This document shows, piece after piece, positions 51,401 through 60,167 of a DNA stretch of 64,000 nt. The position numbers and the translations under genes were made by a program. The notes beneath the pieces are model-generated. The model was not told where the DNA came from. It saw only the letters and a list, made by a program, of their open reading frames with translations, and made no database searches. Source of the DNA: a virus; IMG/VR virus record IMGVR_UViG_3300032257_000479, positions 1-64,000 of that record; one strand, given 5' to 3'. Within the stretch, counting starts at the first letter, position 1, and every line of letters begins with the position of its first letter.

Positions 51401-51977
51401 CTGATGCCATTCTATAATGAATAGATTCAAGCGGGTCTTCTGGCTCATTCCCCTTTTCACTTGGAAGGACAACGTAGTCTGAATATATGCTTCCGTCATT
51501 TATCCACATATGATGAGCAGCCTTCGCTGTTGCTGATGTTGCAGTTGTTCCATCTAGAGTTAAGAGTCTTTCTCCTTCGGATCCTGACAGTATCTCTCTC
51601 GTTCCCCCATAAAACTCCAGGTTTGCAAGCGGAATAACATCTGATGTCTTTTGATTTTCTCTGGCTGTATTTTTCTCTTCTATGTCTTCTGATTCAGTTC
51701 TCTTTTTTGCGCAAACAAAATTATGTTGATAGCCTGGCTCGTATGCCAAAAACACTCCATCAATACCGTTTATGCCTTGAAGCTTTTCCCTGATATCTTC
51801 TGGAGCTACAGCAATAGTTTCTGGCGAAAAAATAAAATTCTGATCTTGTTGGCGACGAACTGATATTGGAAGATTTCCCCATATCTCGCATTTGAATTTT
51901 AATTGACCAGTAAAACCAGGAGACCCCTTTCGGAAATCGCCTGTTGGCCCTCTGGTAAATGAATCGTCTCTTCCCAT
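48450..51977 (-). CDS. Putative tail-tip/baseplate hub-like protein, 1175 aa
   Basis: Second gene after the tape measure; C-terminal FTGL...CKVVDYSGIL...AGKVFFFDRLG...DINNEIRII...ISFKAVG..LRPLDIVTF...EFTC resembles hub (Tal/gp27-like) proteins. Confidence 0.6.
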   Translation of the reverse strand: MGRDDSFTRGPTGDFRKGSPGFTGQLKFKCEIWGNLPISVRRQQDQNFIFSPETIAVAPEDIREKLQGINGIDGVFLAYEPGYQHNFVCAKKRTESEDIEEKNTARENQKTSDVIPLANLEFYGGTREILSGSEGERLLTLDGTTATSATAKAAHHMWINDGSIYSDYVVLPSEKGNEPEDPLESIHYRMASGWDYDAINSPVVVTLENGVTYSDLTSEFISPRQTKNALASPVTLIEQNGLDNDTTILNNGVYKNINPGIHWRLEKRTPIFQGEDFWVEFRRQARSNDVPRNRSAKFKMLKKFEHLDVNSIDSNSKACRLKNLAMIQLEEDGSVRTESLDKFDLSRQAYYMVEIGIGSQGVTNKDGIFTNKGHNYYILLAEKSSPIFCHYDRINIPCEVEGDDAGDDSEKAGSRRVPSLSEFPILRRLSTYKDSNSRDLMSQDNLRMTVRQHLGRIIITFSGHEDNPWIIERADLVNRSSNDSTSDEQTEADFVSERVPMLIAHGRMAVMAGNVKCAFSFSPVIYTNVADMPMPQPLSVLGPVDDSDMSFLLRDKGVAQTLDYNTSNNKKANSKPKKTTNSDFQYNQDAEIYEEVINGRKTSTRAIAVQPDLVQKRGKAPDQQISAQNRDRDKSTICINSRNGLQSIGSNNDYVFTVQAAVKLQAGTYIFEAIDGDFDTESSPGSNDWRLENCITPIMTGFRLYVPADDDPAFSKQKIDVSHHVLSFNEDWSADGWQGGQLNTIDHQGNLTFLINAGMQFQDDQNYAPYLHSLTDKAFYVQISSWWEGGIMPLPSRDIDRVLFTGLCFGGEVSYENNKRTMKCKVVDYSGILKDQKFKNSPFFDKMRDFNAIYEILQLAAFRDGAGSGGSVKDQTQPASLLKRLADYKEGNNWINLVHNGETLFNREFALPGSYDILQEPFLRFKDGDDYYGAIQKIASLAGKVFFFDRLGVFHYDSLPYEQELFGFQQGGGDNEELSAFDWNRLSKVDFFASPDDSNEHEIHRQVFDAYQINRKVEDINNEIRIISTTPDGKLLVAGHTNFDSLFDPDKPGFLGYPKEYMQADGIFGDEATVKWYIKNLTKMFIPPVIISFKAVGRNLLRPLDIVTFRGMGMIEPQRLIIGDIKSTLDPSKNQWWQEFTCYWLFPSTNIEWGETNNTSIELDGNVTQNNAGQE

Positions 51978-51979
51978 TA

Positions 51980-54900
51980 TTATTCTCGCCTTTTTGTATC
52001 TAATTGAACTTGATATGGATCAAATGACAATCCTCTAATATTCCCAAAAGAATCCTTGTAAAACATCCTCGTTATGCCTGAAGAGCTTATGTATCCAACA
52101 GGCGGCAAATTATCTGAAACAGACATGTTGTCATCGAATGAATTAACAGAGCTTTCTGGATAAGGAAATATTATTGGGCTATCTATATCAACGCCAGATA
52201 TCGATGTCCTTAATTCGTCTGGTATATTTCCGACAATAAATATTGGAGGATGCGTTGTTGTCTCTGCATCCAAATCCGATTGCAAAGAAGTGTTATCTTT
52301 GCTAAACAATGCTTCATTGAAAGTTTTTGCAAATATCATATCATCAACAATATATGCCAAATTCAAATTTCCTGTATCAGAATCATATGTTCCGCCAAGC
52401 TGAGAAACTTCTCTAGCCTCTTGAACTCTAGAGTTCTTGTGAATTAAAACATCATCCTCTTCTACATACACTTCTTCCCACGTTTCTCCTTCATCGTGGC
52501 TTACCCTAACTCGAACAGAACCATTGACAGAATAGACCACAACAAGACCGCCTTTATTGTTCTGAAAGACAAAATAATCTTGTGATGCAAATCCGCCTTC
52601 AAAATCCTCCATATCGCCTTTTAGTATAATTCTAGGTAATAACCCATTTTCTGATCTATTCTTTGATATTTCTATCTGTTCTGTAAGATATGGCTCATTT
52701 ACGCTTCCTATGACAACGCTTAATGCCGTTTGCCTTATATTTACTCCATTATCCGAAAAATGATTAATACCTGATAATGGGTCTGTGTTCTCATTAAATG
52801 AAATGGGTCTCTTGTAAGCTTTAAAGGCATCCTCAACATTAAACAGCGATGGGTCAATTAATTTGTGCATGAGAACATCGTTTATTATAAAAAACAAATG
52901 TATTTTATCTGTTATTTTATTTGAAATAACATATGGTATTTGTATGCTTTCGGTATCAGCAGTTTGAACTACACCCTTATAGTCAACCCAAGTTTCGCCC
53001 TCGTCTGGCGAGAACAAGCATGATATTTCTTTTTGACCGCCTTCGTCAACAGATTCTGGTTGATCTCCGTAATCCCCGTCAGAAGCTCTTTCGTCCTCAT
53101 AAAAAATCAACCAATTACCAGATTGATCAAAACATGTCCCCGAAATACTAGATATAATCTTTGAAACATCATAAGCTTCATCTTTAAAAACTGTTGCCTC
53201 AATGGATGATATTTCAATGTATTTTAGTATTTCTCCGCTAAAGCGAATAACTTCGTCAGAATAGTTTCTTGTGTCAATAACAACTATTTCTTCTTTTGTA
53301 TCTCTATATGGCCCAGCCCAAGGGACAGATATGTTATCAATAACTGATTCTTCATTTGGAAAAATAATAGAAAACAATCTACTTGGAGTATTAAGGAACT
53401 CTGGTTTTATCTTATAAACTATTTTTATACTTTTAGTTTTTTTGCTAGAGAGCCCTGATACTGTTACGGAATCAGAATTTTGACCTTGAGAGAAAATTAG
53501 ATTAATCTTTTCATATGTATCATCTGCCGACGATTTACCCAAAGCTATTCTACCTGTATCAGTAGATATCTCTCTGCCTGAACTATATCCAGGCTGATTG
53601 CCAAGAACCATATCATAACCAATGGAACCTATGTCTTCCTGAACGATGTCTTCAACCCCTGGGACTTCATGAGTTCGACTTGTATCTGATGGGTCATTGT
53701 TTGTGCTATACATTTGTCGCTTAAGGGATGAATCATCGAATTCAAAATACCTTAAAGTTGATTCTCCATCTGCATTATCTTTATTAAATACAAGATACGA
53801 AAACTTATTGTAAGGATGTTCATCTACGCTCATTCTTTGACCGAACGCAGCAGGACTGCTAAATACCCATATACCGCCATCTCTTTCTAATGCAAACTGC
53901 GGCGTAAATCTTTCAACATAAACTCTAGTATTTTCTCCAAAGCTTTCAAAGAAAAAGGGTGTTCGAATAAACATGTCTGCTTGAATTACGCTGTCTACGA
54001 AAAACTTGTTGCAATCTCTAATAAAATAAGCTCCGCCCTCAAGAGATGACATTCTTGTTGTATCAAATTTAGCGCTACTCAAATCGTATGCTTGTCTTCC
54101 TGGTATCCTGTTGGTAATAAGATCAAGGTTTGGGAATCCCACTCCTTTTGTTGAATCTTCTTCATCTATAGTGCTAACGCTTTGCAATGCTGTAGCAAGT
54201 TCTCTTTGGTATCCGTATTTTTCATTATCAAAACAAACAGCATTTACATGATCGCTAACATCAAAAGCGAACCCCCTAAGAACAGTATTCGCTTCTGCAA
54301 GATCAACAAGCTCTCCATCAATATATCCTGGTCTATTTACAGCTATCGTTAAAAGTAGGTTGTCGAACCATTCTTGGTCATTTATTTGACTTCTTGGGAC
54401 TATGGTCTCAAACCTTATATCGCCTACAAGATATCCGGTAACAGCTACTATCCCTCTGTTGTCAGCTATATAAATACCTTTAATATAAGGTTGTTTGATT
54501 TTTGTGTTATTCAGGCATTCAGTTGCTCGCATTGACTCCATGTCTTCAAGTCTTAGCCTTCTCTGTATTTCTTCAACTGTTAAATCTTGATTCGATATAA
54601 CTTCTTCATCTCTTGCTAAATCCCTTAAGTCAGCTCTTATTGGATCATTGCCAGATTGAACGTCGTGCGTCTTTAGAACCTTAAATTGAAACGGCTTAAA
54701 GTTCCAAGCCTTAACCTCATCCTCAGCAATTCTTTCAACAATACTACCCGGAAAAAGAAAGAAAAAAGATCTCGCTAAAATAGCTTGGCGAACAATTCTT
54801 TCGGTTGCCGCTGCATATGTTAAATACAATCTATCCCCAACAATAAGAGGTTCTACTCTGGCTTCTGCGGGATCTTCCGGCAAAGGGTCTCCAGGCTCTC

Positions 54901-55657
54901 TTGTTGATGTTGCTAAAAGATTTTCTGTTAGCTTTATTTCAATGACCCTATCCGTTAAATCATCTTCTCCGTTATTTTGAAAAACATTTGACTCGTCATC
55001 GAATAGATAATTATCTCCTCTAAAATCCATTTTTCTAGAATCAACAACTCTTCTTACAAAAAGGTTTTCTTCTCCAGATGCTTTAAAGTCCTCGAAGTCT
55101 GCAACAACAGCTCCATCATTGTCAACGCTCCAACCTCTTGATGATCCAGATGATGAGGACCCAATATTCTCAGCTTCATCATCAGTAAAAGCTATTGGAG
55201 TTCTAGTTACTCCAAGTACACCTATTATATAATCTCTTACTGTGTAAAGAATAACTCCGTCATTCTCTCTTGCTTCTTCTAGCATAGATTCAGTAACTGT
55301 TATTACTCTATTTAGCCTTGTTTCAGCTTGAGCTAAATGGAATATGAAAGTTGACTTAGTTGGCTCGAAGTCTCCTAGTTGCAATGTTCCAAATGCATCT
55401 CCAAATAAAGCTCCTGATCCTCCGCCAAGAGTTCCAAACAGTCCACCGAGACTCCCTCCAGCCAAATCATTCAAAGTAGTGCCTGACACATCTGATCGAA
55501 CAGAATATTGCATTTCAATAGCTAACCTACTTGCGGGTATAACTCTTACTTCTTCGTCTCTAAATGTTCCTGTTTCTGGTATAAAACCATTAGCAATAAG
55601 ATCCCTATTGCTATAAGCTAAAATTCCCTGTACGAATGGTGCGCATCTAGTTCCCAT
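51980..55657 (-). CDS. Tail-associated protein, 1225 aa, with C-terminal BNR/Asp-box propeller
   Basis: FSPDEGETW and VSHDEGETW Asp-boxes; directly after the tape measure gene. Confidence 0.7.
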   Translation of the reverse strand: MGTRCAPFVQGILAYSNRDLIANGFIPETGTFRDEEVRVIPASRLAIEMQYSVRSDVSGTTLNDLAGGSLGGLFGTLGGGSGALFGDAFGTLQLGDFEPTKSTFIFHLAQAETRLNRVITVTESMLEEARENDGVILYTVRDYIIGVLGVTRTPIAFTDDEAENIGSSSSGSSRGWSVDNDGAVVADFEDFKASGEENLFVRRVVDSRKMDFRGDNYLFDDESNVFQNNGEDDLTDRVIEIKLTENLLATSTREPGDPLPEDPAEARVEPLIVGDRLYLTYAAATERIVRQAILARSFFFLFPGSIVERIAEDEVKAWNFKPFQFKVLKTHDVQSGNDPIRADLRDLARDEEVISNQDLTVEEIQRRLRLEDMESMRATECLNNTKIKQPYIKGIYIADNRGIVAVTGYLVGDIRFETIVPRSQINDQEWFDNLLLTIAVNRPGYIDGELVDLAEANTVLRGFAFDVSDHVNAVCFDNEKYGYQRELATALQSVSTIDEEDSTKGVGFPNLDLITNRIPGRQAYDLSSAKFDTTRMSSLEGGAYFIRDCNKFFVDSVIQADMFIRTPFFFESFGENTRVYVERFTPQFALERDGGIWVFSSPAAFGQRMSVDEHPYNKFSYLVFNKDNADGESTLRYFEFDDSSLKRQMYSTNNDPSDTSRTHEVPGVEDIVQEDIGSIGYDMVLGNQPGYSSGREISTDTGRIALGKSSADDTYEKINLIFSQGQNSDSVTVSGLSSKKTKSIKIVYKIKPEFLNTPSRLFSIIFPNEESVIDNISVPWAGPYRDTKEEIVVIDTRNYSDEVIRFSGEILKYIEISSIEATVFKDEAYDVSKIISSISGTCFDQSGNWLIFYEDERASDGDYGDQPESVDEGGQKEISCLFSPDEGETWVDYKGVVQTADTESIQIPYVISNKITDKIHLFFIINDVLMHKLIDPSLFNVEDAFKAYKRPISFNENTDPLSGINHFSDNGVNIRQTALSVVIGSVNEPYLTEQIEISKNRSENGLLPRIILKGDMEDFEGGFASQDYFVFQNNKGGLVVVYSVNGSVRVRVSHDEGETWEEVYVEEDDVLIHKNSRVQEAREVSQLGGTYDSDTGNLNLAYIVDDMIFAKTFNEALFSKDNTSLQSDLDAETTTHPPIFIVGNIPDELRTSISGVDIDSPIIFPYPESSVNSFDDNMSVSDNLPPVGYISSSGITRMFYKDSFGNIRGLSFDPYQVQLDTKRRE

Positions 55658-55663
55658 AAATAC

Positions 55664-55671
55664 TTATCGCC
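55664..55671 (-). promoter_or_regulatory. Putative late promoter -10 element GGCGATAA (leaderless start)
   Basis: CGATA + 7 nt + ATG at 55657; no SD. Confidence 0.62.
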
Positions 55672-55680
55672 AATTGGGTA

Positions 55681-58600
55681 TTATCCCATTTCTCTAAGAT
55701 TGCTCATAATTTGATCTTCTGAAATACCCAAAGCTTTTATTACTAGCCCGCTAAACTCTTTGGCCATAGCATTTACTAATTCTGTTCTTTCTCCGCCAGA
55801 AAAACCAACTTCCGTATTAGAGGATGAGGCAAACGAAGGCTTTGGTGAGGTTGGGTGCAATTCTTCTAATACTTTTCCTGGAATAACGCTGCTTTTCTTA
55901 GAGCTGGACCCACCACTTGGAACAACAGGTGATCCGCTACTTGGAGAATTGCTTATCATATCCTGAAGCTCTGATGTTCCATACCTTTGATCTTTCATGG
56001 CTGCGGCCATGTTTGAAAAGAATCTACCTGATTTGTCCTGCCATATTTGCATAAGACTAGAGCCAGCAGAGCTAACCCTTTCTCCGATGTCATCAGCAAC
56101 ATGGTCAAATGAAGCTAAAGGGTTACTTGATGTTATAAGATTATTAACTTCATCTGAAGCTCCAAATCTGCTTCCATTTGACATGATTCCGCCTGCGGTA
56201 TATCTTTCGCTAGAAGTAAGTCCTCTCCCCATTGCACCGCTTCGCAGACCAACAACCCTATTGTTTGTGCCTGCAGCAAGTTGACCAAGATTCTTATTTT
56301 GATCAATGGTTATTTGAGTAAACATTCCGGCTCCGGTCGTCATAGCTGCAATTGCATCAATATAGCCATCCCTCATAACCTTAGTTAGTTCAGCCTGTTT
56401 TGTCATCGCTTGAGTTCGTTCTGTTACCAACCCATTAACCTTCATTTCCATTTGAACTTTTTGGGCCAAAGCTGCATTTAGAGCATCTTCATTTCCGTCT
56501 TTTTTAGCCTTCTCTATAGCTTTGTTGGCTTGAGATAACTGTCCTTGAGCAGAAGTTATCATATTTTCTATTGCAACAATTTCAGATTGTATTGCTTGAA
56601 CGTTTTCCATTCTCATTTGAGCTGAAACAGAAACACCGGCAGCAAGATTTGATGCTAGTGCAATGTCTGCTTCTATTCTAGCGCTATTTGATTTCGCTAA
56701 ATCCTGAGCGCCTCGGCCTGACTCTACTATCATTTCTGAAATTTCAGCATAACCAGCAAGAGCTTGATTTTGTTCTGCTTTTGCTTTAGCTAACATCGTT
56801 TCTAGCATTAAGGCCATTTCGCCTCTACCAGTAGTTTCGCTTAATTTTTGAAGTTGTTCCTCAGAAAGACTCTTGCCTATGGATGCGTCCAACTGATTAA
56901 ATACATCTTCTGAATTTCCCGTCTCAAAACTAATATTTTTAGTAAAATCTTCATCCGTTATTCTCTTTATTGCATCATATTTTCTTTGAGCAGCAAGAAC
57001 TTTATCATCTTGAGCAGCAAAAGCTCCACCGCTAGCCTCAGCAAGACCGGCAGCTCCACCCTGACCTGCTGTTAATTTCACAATACCTGCAATAGATCTA
57101 AGCTTATCAATAGAGGCATCATAATTTGCATTTATCGATTGAACATAAGCTTCAACTAGAGCTAGCTTACTTGTTACATTTAATAACTCTCTATTTTGTT
57201 CTTTTAAAGCCAATGATTTTTCTGAAAGAGCCTGCATTTCTTTTAGCGAATCATTTATTTCATCTGCTTGCCCTTTTATTTTGGCTATCTTTTCATCTGA
57301 TTCTCCGAAAAGGTTTCCTACTTTTGTGTTACCAAAAATGCCTCTCCATGCATTTGCATTTTTCCCCTCAAGATCTCCTGCTTTATTTTGAAGATTATTT
57401 TTATCTTGTATGGCTTGAAAATATTGCCCTTGTTGTGCTGTTTCTGCATTTGCGATCATTTTATCATAATGATCATTCATCTTCTTTCTATTTTTCATCA
57501 TAGAATCAGATACATAATAAAGCGATTGCCCCAACGTTTTCGCTGATGCCATAATAGCGCCGGAAGCTCCACCTATGGCAGCTCCAACCGCTGTTCCTAT
57601 TCCGGGTGCAATAAATGTACCAATGGCTGCTCCGACTCCGGCCCCAACCAAAGCTGAACCAGCAATATTGCCCCCTCTTTTAAGAGCATCACCTGCTGGA
57701 CCGGATCTGTCCAGGCTTTTTGCGCTTGCAAAATGATTTTGCCCCAAATTGGTTGCATAATTTGCTGCCATCGCTGTACCGCCAATGACCATACCTGCTC
57801 CAAGGGCCTTACTTCCAACATTTGCTAACCTTCCAGCTCTTCCAACTTTGCCCGCTTTTCCTGCTCCCATTAAAACAGGGGAAGTTCCATTTAAAGGCAT
57901 ACCGCCAACAACGTAGACATATGTTGGATTCGCCATATGGCTTCCATGATCTTGCATCATAGATGCAACAGAGCCAAGCTTACCTCCCCGATGCCCACCT
58001 GACATACCTGTTGCAAGATTTGCTATTGATACAGCGGCATTTACTGTTCCCACACTAGCAACAATTGCTGCCATTGCTCCAGCGGTAGTTAAAGCAATTG
58101 CAGCCCATCGCTCAAGTTTGTCTCCACCTTCTTTTAAGAAATCATTTATCTTAGATATAGTTGGAGTTAACATTTTGGCAACTCTAAATGTTATGTCTTC
58201 CCATAGAACTTTCAAATCATTTAATATTTGTACTTGTTTTTTTCTTTCCTCTAAAGCTTTCTTTTGAGCAGGAGAAGTGTTCTCTAAAGCTGCTATTGCT
58301 TCAAGTTGAGTTTTAAAATCTCCTATAGATATTTTACCAGAAAGTGAGGCTGCATACAACAGTTCTTTACTTGTTTTTCTCGCATTTACAGCAGCTTTAG
58401 CCGTTTGACTTGACATCCCTATATTAAAAAGCTCTTGATAAATAGGTATCACTTGACCAACCGAAGCCGCATTTTGCACCATCTCTTGCATTGCCTCAGA
58501 ATTTGAGCCAACAATAGAGTATAAAGTGTCCATGACTTTTACCATTTTATTAGGATTCTGATAATTGAATCCTTTTTCAAATGTAGACTGAAGTTTTATC

Positions 58601-58998
58601 GCTTCTTGTCTGGTGAAACCAAAACTATCTTTTATTCTTAATATTCTTTTCTCTACTTGAAAAATGCTTTCGCCATATTTAGAAAACTGAATACTTGATT
58701 TCAATAGCTCTTTATTGTAGTTTGCCAGTTCTTTTTGAGAAGTGTTTATCCCAAGGTTGTTAAAGACTTGCTGAACGCCATAGCTAATAGCTGCAAATTT
58801 TGTTGCAGAATCTAGGACGGACTTAAATCCAGTACCAAGATATCGAAGACTTTTTCCTGAAGCTCTTGTTGCTCTATCTAGTCCTGTTAATGAGTTATCT
58901 ACGGACTCAATTGCGCTAGCCGCGGACTCTGCTCCCGTAGTTGAAATCTCAATTCCAACCTTTCTTTGGAGCGCATTTATTTCTCTCTCATTAGCCAT
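55681..58998 (-). CDS. Tape measure protein, 1105 aa
   Basis: Ala/Gly-rich and helical; hydrophobic GAAIGTFIAPGIGTAVGAAIGG segment; GS..NPTYVYVV; follows tube and chaperone genes. Confidence 0.88.
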   Translation of the reverse strand: MANEREINALQRKVGIEISTTGAESAASAIESVDNSLTGLDRATRASGKSLRYLGTGFKSVLDSATKFAAISYGVQQVFNNLGINTSQKELANYNKELLKSSIQFSKYGESIFQVEKRILRIKDSFGFTRQEAIKLQSTFEKGFNYQNPNKMVKVMDTLYSIVGSNSEAMQEMVQNAASVGQVIPIYQELFNIGMSSQTAKAAVNARKTSKELLYAASLSGKISIGDFKTQLEAIAALENTSPAQKKALEERKKQVQILNDLKVLWEDITFRVAKMLTPTISKINDFLKEGGDKLERWAAIALTTAGAMAAIVASVGTVNAAVSIANLATGMSGGHRGGKLGSVASMMQDHGSHMANPTYVYVVGGMPLNGTSPVLMGAGKAGKVGRAGRLANVGSKALGAGMVIGGTAMAANYATNLGQNHFASAKSLDRSGPAGDALKRGGNIAGSALVGAGVGAAIGTFIAPGIGTAVGAAIGGASGAIMASAKTLGQSLYYVSDSMMKNRKKMNDHYDKMIANAETAQQGQYFQAIQDKNNLQNKAGDLEGKNANAWRGIFGNTKVGNLFGESDEKIAKIKGQADEINDSLKEMQALSEKSLALKEQNRELLNVTSKLALVEAYVQSINANYDASIDKLRSIAGIVKLTAGQGGAAGLAEASGGAFAAQDDKVLAAQRKYDAIKRITDEDFTKNISFETGNSEDVFNQLDASIGKSLSEEQLQKLSETTGRGEMALMLETMLAKAKAEQNQALAGYAEISEMIVESGRGAQDLAKSNSARIEADIALASNLAAGVSVSAQMRMENVQAIQSEIVAIENMITSAQGQLSQANKAIEKAKKDGNEDALNAALAQKVQMEMKVNGLVTERTQAMTKQAELTKVMRDGYIDAIAAMTTGAGMFTQITIDQNKNLGQLAAGTNNRVVGLRSGAMGRGLTSSERYTAGGIMSNGSRFGASDEVNNLITSSNPLASFDHVADDIGERVSSAGSSLMQIWQDKSGRFFSNMAAAMKDQRYGTSELQDMISNSPSSGSPVVPSGGSSSKKSSVIPGKVLEELHPTSPKPSFASSSNTEVGFSGGERTELVNAMAKEFSGLVIKALGISEDQIMSNLREMG

Positions 58999-59083
58999 AT
59001 TTTCTCATGTATATAGGGGGTGCTGTATACATACTATTTCGTCAAATAGGCTAATTACCCTTTAATTACATTATTTTTACGCG

Positions 59084-59105
59084 AAAAAAAAGGCGACTAG
59101 CCTTT
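59084..59105 (-). terminator. Intrinsic terminator after the 82-aa membrane gene
   Basis: Minus strand AAAGGC-TAGTC-GCCTTT continuing into a T8 run. Confidence 0.65.
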
Positions 59106-59131
59106 GGTTTAAAAATTGATTGTCTTAAGAT

Positions 59132-59380
59132 TTAAACGTTTACGATCATCCAGACTCCCATGATTAACATGATTACCGTAAATGTTCCAATAGCGGCAGG
59201 TCCAGCTATATCATCATCACCCATTAGTATTGCAACAAAAACGCTTATAAGGAAATCAACTATGATTGCAATAGTGGTAACAAATATGGCCCCTATTACA
59301 TTTCCGTCTGGTATAGATAAGGCCGAAAAGAACACCATAAGAATACCAGCTAACATCGCTCCTAGAATAACAAAAGCCAT
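59132..59380 (-). CDS. Small membrane protein with about 3 TM helices, 82 aa (moron-like)
   Basis: Three hydrophobic stretches; AAGGAG SD; TATAAT upstream; terminator downstream. Confidence 0.75.
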   Translation of the reverse strand: MAFVILGAMLAGILMVFFSALSIPDGNVIGAIFVTTIAIIVDFLISVFVAILMGDDDIAGPAAIGTFTVIMLIMGVWMIVNV

Positions 59381-59413
59381 TATCGTCTCCTTTTATGTGA
59401 CGCATTGACCTGC

Positions 59414-59419
59414 ATTATA
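59414..59419 (-). promoter_or_regulatory. Sigma70-type -10 TATAAT upstream of the 82-aa membrane gene
   Basis: Perfect -10 hexamer about 34 nt before the ATG; no convincing -35. Confidence 0.35.
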
Positions 59420-59455
59420 CACTGGTTTTACTTCACTTTCGGTGAAAAAGTTACA

Positions 59456-59920
59456 TTATTCTGAATCTTTATTGATTTTTAGGTCTTTTTTATTCGAATT
59501 TGCTTCATCTTCTTCGTACAATCCCTCTTCAACTCCCAATTCTCTCTCTAGGGCCATAGAAAGAACGACTGCAAATGTTGGAGAAAAGTCAGCAACGATA
59601 TCTGGACTAATCTCAACATCATTCCCATTTTCGTCTTTTATGTCCCAAGATTTCAAAAGCATTTCCATTCTTCTGTACCGGATTTCGTTAAAAGCTAAAT
59701 CCATTCCGCCCTCATTGTTCATTCGTATACCAAGATCTAACAACATCGTTGAATCTCTAAAATTTGGTTTTCGAAAAACTACTCGATACTTTTCTTTAGA
59801 CAAAAGCTCCTTTGGTTCATCAGATTCTTCTGTCCAGTATCTTGATATTTTTTTATGATCTTCACCGACCCAAATATCAACATTAATTGTTTCTTCTTTA
59901 TTTACAAATATGCTTCCCAT
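59456..59920 (-). CDS. Tail assembly chaperone-like paralog, 154 aa
   Basis: FRKPNF...LLKSWDIKDENGNDVEISPDIVADFSP aligns with KWKPQT...CLNSWDVTDGAGNPVPPTIENIGMLPS of 60155-60628. Confidence 0.7.
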   Translation of the reverse strand: MGSIFVNKEETINVDIWVGEDHKKISRYWTEESDEPKELLSKEKYRVVFRKPNFRDSTMLLDLGIRMNNEGGMDLAFNEIRYRRMEMLLKSWDIKDENGNDVEISPDIVADFSPTFAVVLSMALERELGVEEGLYEEDEANSNKKDLKINKDSE

Positions 59921-59945
59921 TTAATTACCTTTCTTTTTACCCGAA

Positions 59946-60167
59946 CTATAATATGCTCGATTTCATTTGTTTAGCTTTTACTCTATGCTCGATTATCAAT
60001 GTGCTCATATGTTCATCGAACGTTTTTGGGTCAAGTGCTCTTATGTATTCGAGATTCCATCCATACGCCTTTGCTAGCATGTGTTCACATGTAGAATCCG
60101 GTAACTCTCTGTGATCCATTAATGATCCAGAGTAAAGATCGCTAGCAGCCCGGATTACTCTTTTTTT
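59946..60167 (-). CDS. -1 frameshift extension (gpT-like) of the tail assembly chaperone, giving a fusion of about 227 aa; not in the ORF track
   Basis: -1 frame open from the A8 run to TAG at 59946-59948: KKRVIRAASDLYSGSLMDHRELPDSTCEHMLAKAYGWNLEYIRALDPKTFDEHMSTLIIEHRVKAKQMKSSIL. Confidence 0.85.
   Translation of the reverse strand, partial: KKRVIRAASDLYSGSLMDHRELPDSTCEHMLAKAYGWNLEYIRALDPKTFDEHMSTLIIEHRVKAKQMKSSIL

Noticed and set aside
5795-55657. Diversity-generating retroelement, invertible cassette, intein or CRISPR array
   Set aside because: No reverse transcriptase, recombinase, intein termini or regularly spaced repeats seen; the repeats are diverged and protein-level. A nucleotide self-alignment would be needed to exclude a TR/VR pair fully
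59378-59390. GACGATAA directly before the ATG of the 82-aa gene as another late promoter
   Set aside because: Overlaps the SD-ATG spacer and would put +1 inside the gene; breaks the 7-nt rule
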